Positions 37,263 to 50,508 of a stretch of 64,000 bases of DNA are shown here, in pieces. Each line of letters starts with the position of its first letter. Position 1 is the first letter of the stretch. Below the pieces are notes generated by a model. It was not told the origin of the DNA. It ran no database searches and saw only the letters and a program-made list of their open reading frames with translations. Source of the DNA: Pavona decussata (lineage: Eukaryota); assembly GCA_977016875.1 (NCBI GenBank), contig CDRNST010000054.1, positions 558,001 through 622,000 of the forward strand, given 5' to 3'. A program made the position numbers and the translations under genes.

Positions 37263-40200
37263 CTGCTTCCCTAAATGTTTCTTCATTTACTTAGAAACCT
37301 AGTGACTTATAAAAATGCTAAATAAAATCAAATATACGTTGTTTGGGAAGCATATTGGTGAAACTAAATATGAAGCATTATTAATATTAATCAGTTCTCA
37401 TAGTCCTCTTTTGCCAAGAGTAGGACAAGCTTGTGCGCTGGTTGCTTGAAGAATTTTCTCTCTCCGTCTTTGGCGGTCATTATCTGTACTTTTCTGACAA
37501 GCTGATCGCTGCTTGGATATGCTCGGGTGACTACAGCTAAGGGCCATTGATTTCTTGGAGATTCGTTGTCACAGACTAGTACGACGTCTCCTTCTTTGAT
37601 ATTTCTTTTAGGTGTAGTCCATTTCTGGCGTTTTTGGAGTTGGGCACAGTATTCTTTCTGCCAGCGCAGCCAGAGTTGGTTAGCGAGGTACTGAACTCTT
37701 CGCCAACGTTTACGGGAATACTGGTCGAGTGACTCAAATTTTGCAAGCGGGGGAAGCACAACTTGGGTCTTGAGTGTCAGTAGGTGGTTGGGGGTCAGCG
37801 GTTCTGAAGCTAATGGATCTGACAGGTTCTCTACTGTTAGGGGACGGCAGTTGACTATACTCTCGGCGTCAGTCATAAGGGTACGTAGAGCTTCAGCATC
37901 AAGCTGGGTACCATGTTCTTACAGCAGTGATGATAGGACTGATCTTGTGGTGCGTATTTGGTGTTCCCAAATACCTCACATGTGTGAAGCATGGGGAGTA
38001 TTTCGATTGAAGTCAATCCAGTCGCAGTCTTGAGAAGACAGGTATTCTTTAACGGGTGTCGTGTCCAGTTCTTTGAGTGCAGCCGCGAGTTCGTTCTTTG
38101 CACCAACGAAGTTTGTTCCCTGGTCAGATCTAAGCTCACAGACTTTTCCTCTGCGACTGATGAAACGCCTGAGTGCGTTAAGGAACGAATCTGTTGACAT
38201 GGCGTTAAGGGTCTCCAAGTGTATCGCACGTGAGGACAGGCAGGTAAATATGAGACCCCATCGCTTAAGCTCTTTTCGTCCTTCTCTAATGTAGAAAGGG
38301 CCGAAAACATCCATTCCAGTGTAGGTGAAAGGAGGACTTGGCGTGACACTCTCTGGGGATAAGGCTGCCATCTGTTGATCTGAGTGCGGCCTCGTAATTT
38401 ACGACACAGTACACACTTGGCAATGATGTGGGAAATCAAAGAACGGCCATTGATAATGTGGTATCCGGCTTGGCGGATAGCGTTGTGCGTCATGCCATAA
38501 CCTTGGTGGTGCTGCTTCCCATGATGGAACTGGCGTATGAGAGGAACAGTCACGTGACCATTTTTAGGCATGACGATGGGATGCTTGATTGCACAAGGAG
38601 TGGTCGCATTCCTGAGTCGGCCGCCAACTCGAAGTAGGCCTTCTTTGTCAATGAATGGATCTAGCTTGTGAAGGTTGCTGCTGAGCCTGACAATGCTGTT
38701 TCTTTTCCGCGCACTGTGGCGATCTTGAAATTGGTTATCGTTGCCTTCAAGCTTACTAAGGGTGTTGATCTCTTGTTTATAGTGGTAATGTTGAGTTGAT
38801 CTCAGATCTAAGTTCTCAGCTTGTGAAAGCTCTGTCACTGTAGGGGGTCCTTCTGTCGGACGCCATTTATGCTTCTTGTTGGGTCTTAATCTTTCAATTG
38901 CCCTCTGAACTTGATCAATGCATCGTTTGAGATGGTTGAACGAGGAGAAATGATTGAAGCAATCAGGTTCCAATATTTTCTGTCCGGTATAAAGGGTCTT
39001 TGTCTTTGTGGCTAGTGTCGATGTTGAGTCCTTTCTGATTTCAATGTCTGATGGTAGTAGAGGACAAGCAGGCTGTGGGTGAAGTGGAAGTGGATCTTGT
39101 TGCCATAGAAACTTTGGTCCGTTGAACCAGCGGTCGTTCTGTAGTAACTCCTTTGGGGTTAAACCGCTAGAAACTTTATCAGCTGGATTTTCCTTCCCGG
39201 GGACATGGAACCACTCTCTTGGGGAGCTTCGGTCTCTGATATGCTGTACGCGGTTGCCAACGTACACATGGAAGCGACGTGCGTCATTGTTGATGTATCC
39301 TATAACGATCTCAGAGTTGGTGTAGTAATAACAACGCATGTCTTCAATGTCAAGTTCACTCTTAAGCATTGTAGCTACGTTGACTGAGATAACGGCTGCT
39401 GTTAGCTCTAAGCGTGGTATAGATATAGGCTTGAGTGGTACGACTCTGGATTTCGCCATGAGGAAGCTAACATGAACCTTATTCTTCTGGTTGATTATGC
39501 GTAGATATGAGACTTGGCCCACACCGGTGTCACTTGCATCTGAGAAGCTATGGATCTCGGCACGAACAGGTTGGCCAAAACCTGGAGGTTTAAGACAGCG
39601 TGGGAACGTGAGCGTCTGAAAGAGGGGCAGCTCTGTCCGCCATTTCTCCCATAGTGGCAGAATATCCTCTGGTACTGGGTCGTCCCAGTTGATGTTCTGA
39701 CGACAGAGTGCTTGTAGTATCTGTTTGCCGACTAATATGACGGGCGATACAGCTCCCAGGGGGTCGTAAACTGAATTTATGGTAGACAGGATCCCACGTC
39801 GGGTTAGAGGCTTGTCTCTCAATTCAATACGAAAGCTGAAGTTGTCCGATTCAATGCACCAGTACGTACCAAGGGACCTCTGGACTGGCATAGAGTCGTG
39901 TCTGAGGTCTATGTCCTCAAGATCTTTGGCGGGGTCATCAGCAGGTAGAGCCTCAAGAACTTCCTTGCGGTTGCTTGTGAACTTGTGGAGGCGCAGATTG
40001 TCGCTTGCACACAAGGCTTGTGTATCTTTGATCAAACTAAGGGCTTGTTCTACTGTAGGTACTGATTTAATACCATCATCTACGTAGAAATCTCTGCGGA
40101 GAAAATCTGACGCCTGGTCTCCAAACTCTTTCCTGTGAGTTTCCGCTGTTTGATGTAGACAGAAGTTTGCTACTCCGGGGGATGAGGCTGCACCGAAGAG

Positions 40201-41021
40201 GTGTACGTTCATTCGGTATTCGACGATTGGGCTTGAAAGGTCAATTTTTTCAAACCACAGAAACCGGAGAAAGTCCTTATCGTCACAATTGACGTAGAAG
40301 CTGTGGAACATTTGTTCAATGTCACAGATGAGGGCCACTTCTTCTTTAAGGAATGGCGTTAGTACTCCAATGAGGGAGTTGAGTTGTTCTGTTCCTTGGA
40401 GAAGATGCTTGTTCAGCGAGTCGTTTTCGAAGACAGCACTGTAGTCAAACACGACTCGAATTTGATCAGGCTTTCGCGGATGGTAAACATTGAAGTGAGG
40501 AAGGTACCAAACTTTACCTTCTGCTATGTTCAGTTGATCTGCGGGGACTAGGCTAGCGTGACCATTATCAAGCGTCTTCTTCATAAAAGCTAAGTAATCC
40601 GATTTTAACTTGACGTCGTTCAAGAGCTTTCTCTTGAGAGAGAAGAGTCTTCTCAGACAGTGTTTACGGTTGTTTGGTAGGGTGATGGCATCTGTTTTGA
40701 AAGGTAGCGGTGCCTCCCAGTTTCCATTTGTATTCTTGTGTAGGCCTTTGGTTAGTATTTCTCTGGAGCGTTTGTCTTGTATAGACTCGGCTCGCTCAGT
40801 TCCACGAATCTTGCGACTGTGGTGAATCTCACTGTAGTCAAGTTCCATCATTTCGCGTACTTGTTTCGGACTTGTCATTTCCTTAGAAGATAATGTAGGG
40901 CTGATGAAAGGATATGTTCCAGGTGTTTCTATTGCACGGTCCGAGAGCGTTTCCCTTTCCACAATCACTCGATTTACTGAGGCTGGTGTTGGTTGTGAGG
41001 GCTGATTCTTGCATACACGCC

Positions 41022-41383
41022 CAATTATTGTCAAGCCGAACTTGTACTGCTCTGCCCAGGGTTCATCCTCTTGACCAGATATGACGTTCATTGGTTGGAA
41101 AGCCGCTGGAACATTTCGGCCGATGAGCAGGCCTATATCAACATCGGGGCGGTGCTGTATCTTGTCTGCAATGTGAGATAAATGTGTGCATTGACTGGCT
41201 ACAATTATTGTCCAGCCGAACTTGTACTGCTCTGCCCAGGGTTCATCCTCTTGACCAGATATGACGTTCATTGGTTGGAAAGCCGCTGGAACATTTCGGC
41301 CGATGAGCAGGCCTATATCAACATCGGGGCAGTGCTGTATCTTGTCTGCAATGTGAGATAAATGTGTGCATTGACTGGCTACA
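41022..41383. repeat. In-frame 180-bp tandem duplication within pol
   Basis: The two copies differ at two positions and duplicate 60 aa (VASQCTHLSH...KFG.TII). Confidence 0.95.
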
Positions 41384-43179
41384 CAGGGCGTGGCAATATC
41401 CTGGTGAGAAGCAGGAATGTACTCTCGTGAGTACGCGAATGGGATTTTGATTGGTGTATGCTCATTGTCCATGTCTTGAATGAACAATCCAGCTACTTTC
41501 TTGGTTCTAAACGTGTTTGAGCCGATGATCGTGTTAACTTGTTAGTCGACTTCGGTTGCATCAACTTCCAGTTGATCTAGTAAGGTGTCGGAGATGAACA
41601 CATCGGTGGATTGGTCATATAGGACTGCATATGTGGTTAATTCTTTATTCGGGTTCGAGTGATGACTAACTTTCACCAGGACGATTCTAGCACATGACCG
41701 ACCGGATTCCTCCCTCCCGCAGACTTGCGTGCAAGTTGTGGACGAATTCTCATTATGTGACGGCTTGGTCTCAATATGCATTGCTGTGAGGTGCCTTTTC
41801 TAGCAAATGGCAAATTGTGGTGGGTTCTGGTCGCATTTTTCGGCGAAATGCTTGTCTGAATCCACGCACTTAAAACACAGTTTGTTTTTCTTAAAAAATT
41901 ATCTTCTCTCGTCTAAATTGAGATCACAGAACTTCTGGCATTCATTTAGCGTGTGAGTCTTGGTTTTGTGAAAGAAACACAGCTTTTGTACGATTGAGGA
42001 GTTTTCTGGGATTTTCTTTGGAGAAGTTTCTTTCTTTGGTGCAGAGGACAGTGGTGGGTCTGTGCTGCCCGTTTTTGAGGCGAAACTGGTAGATGGCGGC
42101 AATTTCCTGTGTGGCTGAGAGCCGTTCGAAGCGGAATTAGTTGAGGTTTGCCTGTGGTGAAATATTTGGGGAATGTTCATGCAATCCGCGTGGAAGGTCA
42201 CTTCCGCGACAAACTCAGAGAAACTTGGAAATGCGTTGCAGCCCTTTTCTTGTTGCCGTTTTTGCACTTTTATGGACCATTTGGTTAAGAACCAACTAGG
42301 GAGTTTCTCAACCAATGTTTGTACCTTAGAAGGACACTCAAAAATTGTCAGACTTGGTAGATGAGTTTTGGCTATTTCTACTTGTTGTAGGAAGGCGCTA
42401 AAGTCTCTAAGGCCTTGTGTGTCATTGTTAGCAATCTTTGGCCAATTAGCGAGTTTGTTCTCAAAGTCTGTGGCTACAATAGCACTGCGACCGAAACGCT
42501 GTTTTAGTTTCTTTTGGGCTTCGTTGTAGGCAATTTCAGGGTTTGCACCGACCATGTATTGAAGTTGCTCAACGACCTTTTTTGCTTTTCCATCTAAGTG
42601 CTGATAGAGGAGATAAAGCTTTTGCTGAGCGCTGATGGGTGCAGAGTCGATGAGAGCGTCGAAGGCTGTCTCCCATATAAAGAACTTGGTGTCCACCTCG
42701 TCACCTCTGAAAATGGAAGGCTTCGCTTGTGGGAGTCACTGTAACTGGGTGACCCTGGCCAGGGCCTCAGCAATTTGATTGACGCTATCCGTACTAGGTT
42801 GAGGGTGATTCAAGCTTACAGGAAATGGACTTGGCCTGAACTCATGATAAACAGTGCCAGGGGAAGCCTTAGGGGTGAATATATCAGCCTCAGGACGTAG
42901 ATCATAGACTGATGGATACCCAGGATTCATGCTGTTAATTGCACCTGGAGAATGATGGGAAGTCGCCAAACTCAAACTAGTGAATAAGGGCTCTTGAGGA
43001 AAAGCAGCAACCGGTTTAATTGTGCCACAGGCCAACTCAGATGCGGTGACTGGAGTGCTTCTTTTAGTGGAGAGCCTAGGAGCAGTGAGGCTGTTTGTTG
43101 TGTGTGACACGAACAGTTGTGAAGTGTTTAGATTTCCTGAACCAGCAGAAAGGGCGGGAAACTGAGAAACTGTTGGGTA

Positions 43180-43482
43180 TCCTGTGTCAAGTTTGGATGT
43201 AATTGGTATTCCTGTATCGGTAGAGGAGGTAGCTAAGAAAGGCATGGAAAACCGCTGGAAGTTCCAAGTCATGGTTGTAGTCAGCTGGGAGACCTGTGCC
43301 AGGGTCTGGGGCAAATGGTAGTCCTGTGTCAGAGTAGGAGGGAGCGGGGAGTTCTGTGCCAGGGTTGTAGGCAGCTGGAATTCCTGTGGCTGGGTCTGGG
43401 GCGAATGGTATTCCTGTGTCAGGGTAGGAGGCAGCGGGGAGTCTAGTGCCAGACTTTGGGGCAGCTGGGATTCCTGTGTCAA
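43180..43482. repeat. 30-bp coding minisatellite in gag (DTG[IL]P decapeptides)
   Basis: The TCCTGTGYC-like core recurs every 30 bp. Protein reads DTGIPAAPKS-GTRLPAASYP-DTGIPFAPDP-ATGIPAAYNP. Confidence 0.8.
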
Positions 43483-44508
43483 AATTTACCGCTGACAATA
43501 GACCGGCAGTTGGACTAAGAGGTCTGGTGGACAGTTCAGATTGCGTCATAAATCGATCAATCATCTTTTCCGTTTCGTGTGGCAATTCTGGCTCAAATTC
43601 AAACAGATGACCTTCGTCTTTCAACGCCTTCTCGTATACGGCTTCCTCCACTAAGGTTTCACTCAGTCGTTGCTGGAGTTTTAATTTGTTTAGCGCTTTT
43701 TGTTTTTCTTTGATAGCATCGCTAAATTTGACCTTTTGTTCGAAAGAGGCACGTCTTGCCTTGACAGTTATTAGGGATTGCTTTGAAGAATGCGAGCCGC
43801 CGGAAGAAGTTGAAGTATTAGAGCAATTGCTTTTACGTGATGCCTTCGATCAAACAGATGTGGTTTCATCTTTGTCAAGAGATGCCAGTTTATTGAATGT
43901 TGCACTTCTAGCTCCTTGGAGGGAATCTCTCACAGTTATGAGTAAATCCGTGATAAAATCAGCTTTTGGGGTATTGTTGTCCAAATTGAGCCAAGCGTTT
44001 AATTCAAGCTCAATTTTTTCTGCGAGTGTGACCAATTCTTTCATCTTATTGCCTATCATTATCCGGTCTTTTGAACACACCAATAATGCGTGGTATGCGG
44101 TGACGTTCGCGTGGAAGAATTTTTTTGCCACCCTCGTCATTTTTTCCTTTACCGCAGAATGGAACTCTAATCCCTTTTCTGTCATAGTTCGGGAGCGTGT
44201 TTCCGATTCCTTAGTTTCTTTAGAAAATTCAGTAGTTTCTGCGGTATTATCTGTGGCGTTTGCGTAAGTGGTTTCGCTAAAACCGGTGTCGGTGGTTTGG
44301 TCGGGTGAAACGCCGAGTTTTGCCTTTTCCTCCACGTTTTGCGAGAGGCTCATGGTGTGCTTTTCGGTTTGACTTTGGCAAAGGCAATGGTTCGGAAGTG
44401 ATGACTCAAAGACACGTTTGTTCTTCTAATATTGTATTGTTTAGGTAATAAAGTATGTGCTATGACTCCAAGTATCTACGCACAAATCACAGAGTTCTTC
44501 ACAGATTA

Positions 44509-44639
44509 NNNNNNNNNNNNNNNNNNNNNNNNNNNNNNNNNNNNNNNNNNNNNNNNNNNNNNNNNNNNNNNNNNNNNNNNNNNNNNNNNNNNNNNNNNNN
44601 NNNNNNNNNNNNNNNNNNNNNNNNNNNNNNNNNNNNNNN
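44509..44639. other. Assembly gap
   Basis: Run of 131 N. Confidence 1.
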
Positions 44640-46113
44640 TTATATACATTGTTACCTCCCCAATGGGGCTTTTCAGGAACAATTATTTGAATACTAAAGT
44701 TACTAATATCTACACAATTAAAATTAATCAAATAAATTAATCAATTTAAAGTTGGGTTTCCAGGAAAATAAGCTTGTTGGTTTTATTCACAGAAAAAAGT
44801 TGTTCTTGATAAACATTTTAATTAAATTATCGCGCACCAGAAACAGGCTGGTTAAAATGCGAGCCTCTTCTTGCACGTACAAGTATATGTTAATTTTTTC
44901 CGACTTATGGCTTTCTGCTCAGTTTGACAATAATATACAACTTTTAAATTTCATATTAACCTACCCCTATCATGAATTGGCAAAACTATATTGCCTTACT
45001 AGAGCCAACAGGTACAAATATGCCCGTACGTCTTAGATAGTTTTGGAAAGTGCCTTGTTTGGTCTGCTTGTCAGTCGGTCGGTGGGTTTTTCTTCCTTAA
45101 TCCTCTCTCGTTCGTTTTGGCCTTTCTGTCCATTTGTTTTAAGAATTTTATATCACAAAGGGTGTCTTTTTTAACAAAGCAAAATTATTTCCTTATCCAC
45201 AAACTCTTGTAACACCTGAAGGAATATTGGTAGCCGAGCCTTCCTTGTAAGGCATGTGATATGCCATTGCGTGACATACTTTGTACAAATGATATCCATG
45301 GATTTAAGAAGTCAAAATGACAGTGTCGCTCAGTGGTCCAAAATCTCGCTCAATGGTCACTTTTTTATGATGAGACAAGCTCAGTTGTACGTTACAGAAA
45401 GATAGCAGCTATTGTGCGTTTGAAACTGTCAAGAATAGCGCCGATGTTTTGACAAGAGCCATCCAGGTATCGCTCAGATAGTTGTTGATTTTGCAAACAT
45501 TGTCAGAGGGAAGATGGTAATTTTGAAGAAGCAGGAATGAAAACCAATCTACAGCCCCTGTTTTTGCAAGGTAAACTTGTAATGTTGACCTTCTTAATCA
45601 AATAGGGTGCTAAGCACTTAGATTTGCTCGGAATATTGGCTTCGATAACAGAGATTCTTATTTTGGTTTGTAGATTTTCTTGACAGGGAACGTGCCTTTT
45701 TCGTTCAGAAGTTAAAAGGCCCAGACTAATTTTTATATCCTTAAAAGGAGACCATTTCCACTAATCACAACCTTAATCTCAAGTGCTTCTGAGTTATGCC
45801 ACATGGGAAAAATGCTTCTTGAAAAACTGCTCCAAAATAAGATTTTTTAACCAAAGAAATATTGGTGATTCCCAGTTAAGTAAGCAATCCGGTTTTAGAC
45901 TTGAATCATTTGCCAGTGTCTCTTACACAAATATACCAATTTGAAAAAACCGTGCTTCCTTTTGCGCTTTTCACGAGGGAAGTTCTTGATTTGTTACTTG
46001 GCGCACTTATTTCCGCCATTTTATAACGGTCGGCGCCTATTACAGTTTTTGAGAATTTTGTAAAAAATAAAAGCAGAGGTCAACATAAGAAATACACCAC
46101 GTTTATTAACTCA

Positions 46114-48160
46114 TCATAGAGTATGTCTGAGCAAACTATAAGGGGTAGTCAATTTTTTTTTCTGATCTGAGGTAATAAAAGTATTTTCGTCCACTTTAAG
46201 TTGGCTTATAATGCCTTGCTTATAGTGTCTCTTTTCTAGGTTAAAGAAATATTTCGTATTTCTTACTCCTTTATTGTGCCATTTAATTTTAGCTCTCAAT
46301 ATGGAACCTTTCGTGCGAAACTCAATAATTCTTTCTAACTCACTCTTTAGATCATTCAGTTGTTGACAAGTTCAAGATTTTCTGTTTCACTAGAGTCTCC
46401 GTCCTCAATTCTAGTTTGGAAATTGCATGGTCTAGTTCTGCCTCACAGTCTTTTGTTTTCTTAGTTTTGTTCACTGCGTATTGCAGCGATTTTTCCCGTA
46501 GTTTGAGCTTAATCATGTCCCACAATAGAGCAGAGTTTACCATGTCATCGTTTTCATATTCGTCTTGAACTTCCTTAATCGTTGCCTTAATAAGATTAAC
46601 ATAAGCAGTTTTGGTTAAAAAAAGAGGTATTTAATTTCAAGTCTACATTGAACCTTAGGTTGTCATTGTCCCCAAGTGTACCTTTTTTCATCCGAATTGT
46701 AAATTCTCCAGACGTCGAGAAGATCTAGGTTCTCTGAAATTTCTTGAACAGTCTTCAAGCTATTTTGGTGAGTTTTGGCAAGGCCACCTTTTTTGTCATT
46801 TTCGATGTTAACGAGGTTGAAGTCTCCGCCAATTATTATGTCTTCACATTTAAAATTTAAAAGATCGTAGAAGTTTTGAAAGAATGAACGTTTATCCTCT
46901 TTGGGAGCATAGATGTTAGCGAGAGTCAAGAACTTTTCGTTAGCTTTTAAGTCACAAATAATAAATCTCCCTGCAGGGTCGGTGTAAAGTCTTTGGATCT
47001 ATAGGTTAAAATTATTGTTGAAAAGAATACGTACACCTGCTTTGTTGCTTTCAAAAGAGGTGAAGTAAGCTGATAGCCCCATTCTGCTTTCCACGAGTTA
47101 TTTGTTTTTTCTATACAATGTACTTCTTGGAGCATGCATATTGATGGCCTTTTGGCGCGAAGCCAATTAAATACTTCCTTTCTTTTCGCGTCATCCCTAA
47201 GTCCCCTGACATTCAATGAAGTTATTTTCAAAATCACGATTTGTTCAGGTCCTTTGTAATAAACATTGTCTCGAGGGGAAAAAACATGTGCGCCTCAATA
47301 AAGGGTGTGCATTCTTTCTATTAGGTGTAAAATAATTGATGCAAAAGGTACTCGATATTTTAAACAAATAATGAAGTCTAAGACGTGCATATAATGTTAG
47401 ACTGAAGCAAATGATCGCAAAAGGTAAATTAAACAAAAGAACACACACAAAAACGGAACATAGACAAATTTGTCCCTCTCCAGTCATAACGTAGATTATT
47501 TTGCTTGTTTAGTTTATGATTGATCTAAGTCCTCTTCGGAATAAATTCTAACAGGGGAGCCATAGGGTGATGTCTTAACGTAAATCTTACCATCCAAAGA
47601 CCAAACACTGAGTAGAGTACCCTCTTGTCTTCTCTTGTTTGCCTATTTCATGATTCTAGGCCTATAAGCCGTAAGGTTCTCGTTAATAAAAATATGCTGT
47701 CGTTCCTGTCCATTTGAAGGGTAGCTGGGGAATAGATCTGTGATTTTGACATCTTTCAGTTTAGTGCGTTCTTTGTAAAGTTTTGATTTCACTCTATGAT
47801 TGCAAAATTTCACTATATTGTGTGAAATCTCTATTTCTTCAGGTTTTATCGTAATACTTAGGGCTTTGGCAACCTTAATAACCGCGGCCTCTGTACTAGG
47901 ATACGCCTCTTCTGGGATTCCCTGGATTTCCAGCAAGTTCATCCGAGTCTACTGTTCCGAATCATCATGGTGTTCCCACAGTCGATCGAATTCTTCTTTT
48001 TGCTTTCCTAGATTCTCCTTTGTTGTTTTTAGCTCGTTCCTTGTTGAGGCGAGCATGTGTTTTACTTCTTGGTTTTCGTCCTTGGTCTTTTGCAAGGACT
48101 CTTTTAGTCGAAAAAAATATTTACATGTATCCCTTGACTTTATTGAAATAGCTTGCATTG
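46114..48160 (-). mobile_element. L1/Tx1 LINE 5' half: ORF1 (~48160-47530) and ORF2 APE region (47237-46114), decayed
   Basis: ORF1: coiled coil, NLLEIQGIPE, IFINENLT, W..DGKI. ORF2: SLNVRGL, LQEVH, ANIYAP, IIGGDFN, DVWR, W..IK, RAKIKW...NTKYFFNLEK. Confidence 0.88.
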
Positions 48161-49130
48161 TCCAGTTTGTATTTAAAATTTTCTCAAAGTCGTGACTTCT
48201 TCAATTTTCGTGTACCCAAATCTTTCTCAAGCAGACTCTACTGCTCTGAAAAGTATACAACCCTTTTAGCTTGCCTTACCTGTTCAAGGAATCTCCTCTG
48301 TGTGGTGAAATATTTGCACAGTGCAATGGCTTGTTGGAGAGTGGTGAGTTATCACGTCAGATGGGGCAGTGGGATTATCTCCTCTCAAACCCTTCTTCAA
48401 TTGCTTGTAAAATACGTGTAGTACAACAGAAAGTCTAAGGACATGCCTGTCTTCCTTGGAAACGTTGTCCGGGCAACAATTTTTTTCCACTGGCTGTTGA
48501 GAGATACTGAGATTTCGTCTATAAATCTCTCGAAGGCTGCATTTCCTGCGGCATCTATTGAATACTTAACCGGTCCATTTTCCTAGTGCCAAAAGCTAAA
48601 AGTAGAAGAGTAGATTGTGCTGAAAGATAAATAATGTTGTCAGAACACCCTTTGCTACTAAAAGTTTAAGTAATTGAAAATAGTGCTCGTCAAATGTTAA
48701 ATTTAGGAACGGTCATGAATTATACTGTAAATGTCAACGTTAGTCTTTCCATAGACACTAAAGTGTAATTTAAACCAAGCAATTGTTTTTGGTGGGATTG
48801 TTTTGTTTTTCCATTAGAAACCCCTTGCATTAAGAGTAAGCTTATTGAAAATGATATTTTTCATTTGCAAACCTCACAGCACACATTGTGCTTGTAGAAC
48901 AGGAACGAAGTACTTCAAGCTTTGAAACAGCGTGCATCAGTTTTTTTGACTGGATTCTTATAAATGGCATGTGCAACTTTTTCCATTGTTTTCAGTCCTG
49001 AACTAACCCAATGCATTACCTGAAGGCAGGAAGGGAGAAAATAACAAGAACAGAGTGTTATTGAGGCATACGAGACCAATTCCGAGGCCCCACACAGCAT
49101 GCAATAAGGTCAAATGTGAGAGGACAAAAA

Positions 49131-49751
49131 CTAAAACCTTGTTTGTGGGAAAAGCAAAGCATCTTCACGCCCAGTAAAGTGTTTCAGGGCTACACCCTGT
49201 TTATCGTTCATAACATTACTATCAAGAGCCATGTGATCCAAAGTGTGGTCACTTTCGCCAACAAACTCAGCCTGGACAATTTGCCAACATCTCGTTGACA
49301 TGGTCTCTTTTCGGGAAAATTGTCGGGAGAACCAATCTGCTGCGTTCATTTCAGATAGAGCATAGAGCAAGGTCGAGCTACATTTCTCTCAGTGACGCTT
49401 AGAGACTCGGGTGAGGTCCTTGGAATGGGAACCTCTTCCGTGCCAGGTGTAAATGATGGCCTGGTTAGCCAGTTGAATATCTACCCGACAATCTTGAATT
49501 TCTGCAAGAACAGACTCCAATGACTTATCAACTGCCCACTTTTCTTTCATTCGGCGGAGCTCCTCTTCCCAAACTCACCAAATGTCAACTCGCACAAAAC
49601 TGTATGGGCCACGGTTGCCCAACAGGCCTGCAAAGTATCTGTGGATAGTGTAAGAGCTACACGTCCTTCCTTTCTCCAAGAAATGCTAGAATGCTAATTC
49701 TTCTCTCGGCCTGGGTGTGTCTTGTTTCCCCAATAGCTGACGCCATTTCAT
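49131..49751 (-). pseudogene. Decayed reading frame of unknown family (~206 codons, three internal stops)
   Basis: One frame runs from ATG 49751 into the listed 49370-49131 ORF with only three stops. No recognisable domain. Confidence 0.3.
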
Positions 49752-50155
49752 GAATATAAAATTTCCCACCAGGAAACGTGAGGGTAAACAAGAGACATTT
49801 GACCAAGACAACAAGCATTATAGGCCACTGTTCCGCAATTTATCAGAGATTTCCATGTCATCTGGAGCCCAACAAAATCAACCCTAGAGAGTGTATGGCC
49901 CTACCAGCCCCTCCCTTTCCACAGTCACTGGAAAAGGGTGCTTTTTTATCCCTTAGGCTTTTCTTTATGTACTGCAGATTTCTCAGAGCCGCAGTCTACC
50001 GATGTCTTGTTTGTTGGATCTTCAGTTACTTGGGGTGGGATAACAGCAGGCCACTGCCAGCATGTATCTATAACAATATAACAACCAGATATCTTACTCA
50101 CCACTCAACTGCATATGCATCAGCTGAGGAGAGAAACTAACTGATTGCTCGAATG

Positions 50156-50508
50156 TCAGATAACTCACCCCCCAGACAACTAGCCCCCAATCTCTAGACA
50201 ACTACCCCCAGCTCTTTAGACAATTTGCTCCCAACATGAAAAGGTTAGAAAAAAACTTGCAAATGAAGAAAGCTCTGCAATCATACCAGACCAAACTAAC
50301 GAGCAATCATATCAATGGTGGATTAAAACCGCCTGGGCTTAAACATTGCAAATTCAATAAGGCAGCTGTGTTTAAAGTCATGTTCAAACAATCCTTCAGC
50401 CATTGCGTAGGAAAAAAGTGCTTGAAATTGTAAATGAAACAAAAAAGTAGGAGTTGTTTATTTCCAAATAATTTTTTCTAGCGTTTTCATGTTGGGGGCG
50501 AGTTGTCC
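50156..50508. mobile_element. MITE-like remnant with repeated GACAACT.GCCCCC motifs
   Basis: Four direct motif copies at 50156-50235 and an inverted copy TTGGGGGCGAGTTGTCC ending ~50508. Confidence 0.5.

Larger units (their letters stand above)
37391..44353 (-). mobile_element. BEL/Pao LTR retrotransposon gag-pol, decayed (stops and frameshifts); 5' LTR not visible before the N gap
   Basis: Gag (WETAFDALI, LVEKLP, CFFH..H...C, CFKC...H...C), protease region (YAVLYDQST), RT (WYLPHF, RVVFD, CDIEQMF, HLFGA.SSP, FYVDD), RNase H (HSFSDAS, IPRLEL) and integrase (GMDVFGP, RAIHLE, SDQGTNF, N.RPL, LTPNHLL). Confidence 0.95.

Noticed and set aside
43686-44267. 193-aa plus-strand ORF and similar antisense ORFs over TE genes
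   Set aside because: These are shadow frames of minus-strand coding sequence.
44401-44508. 5' LTR of the BEL/Pao element
   Set aside because: It does not match 36910-37262. The LTR may lie in or beyond the gap, so TSD and age cannot be assessed.
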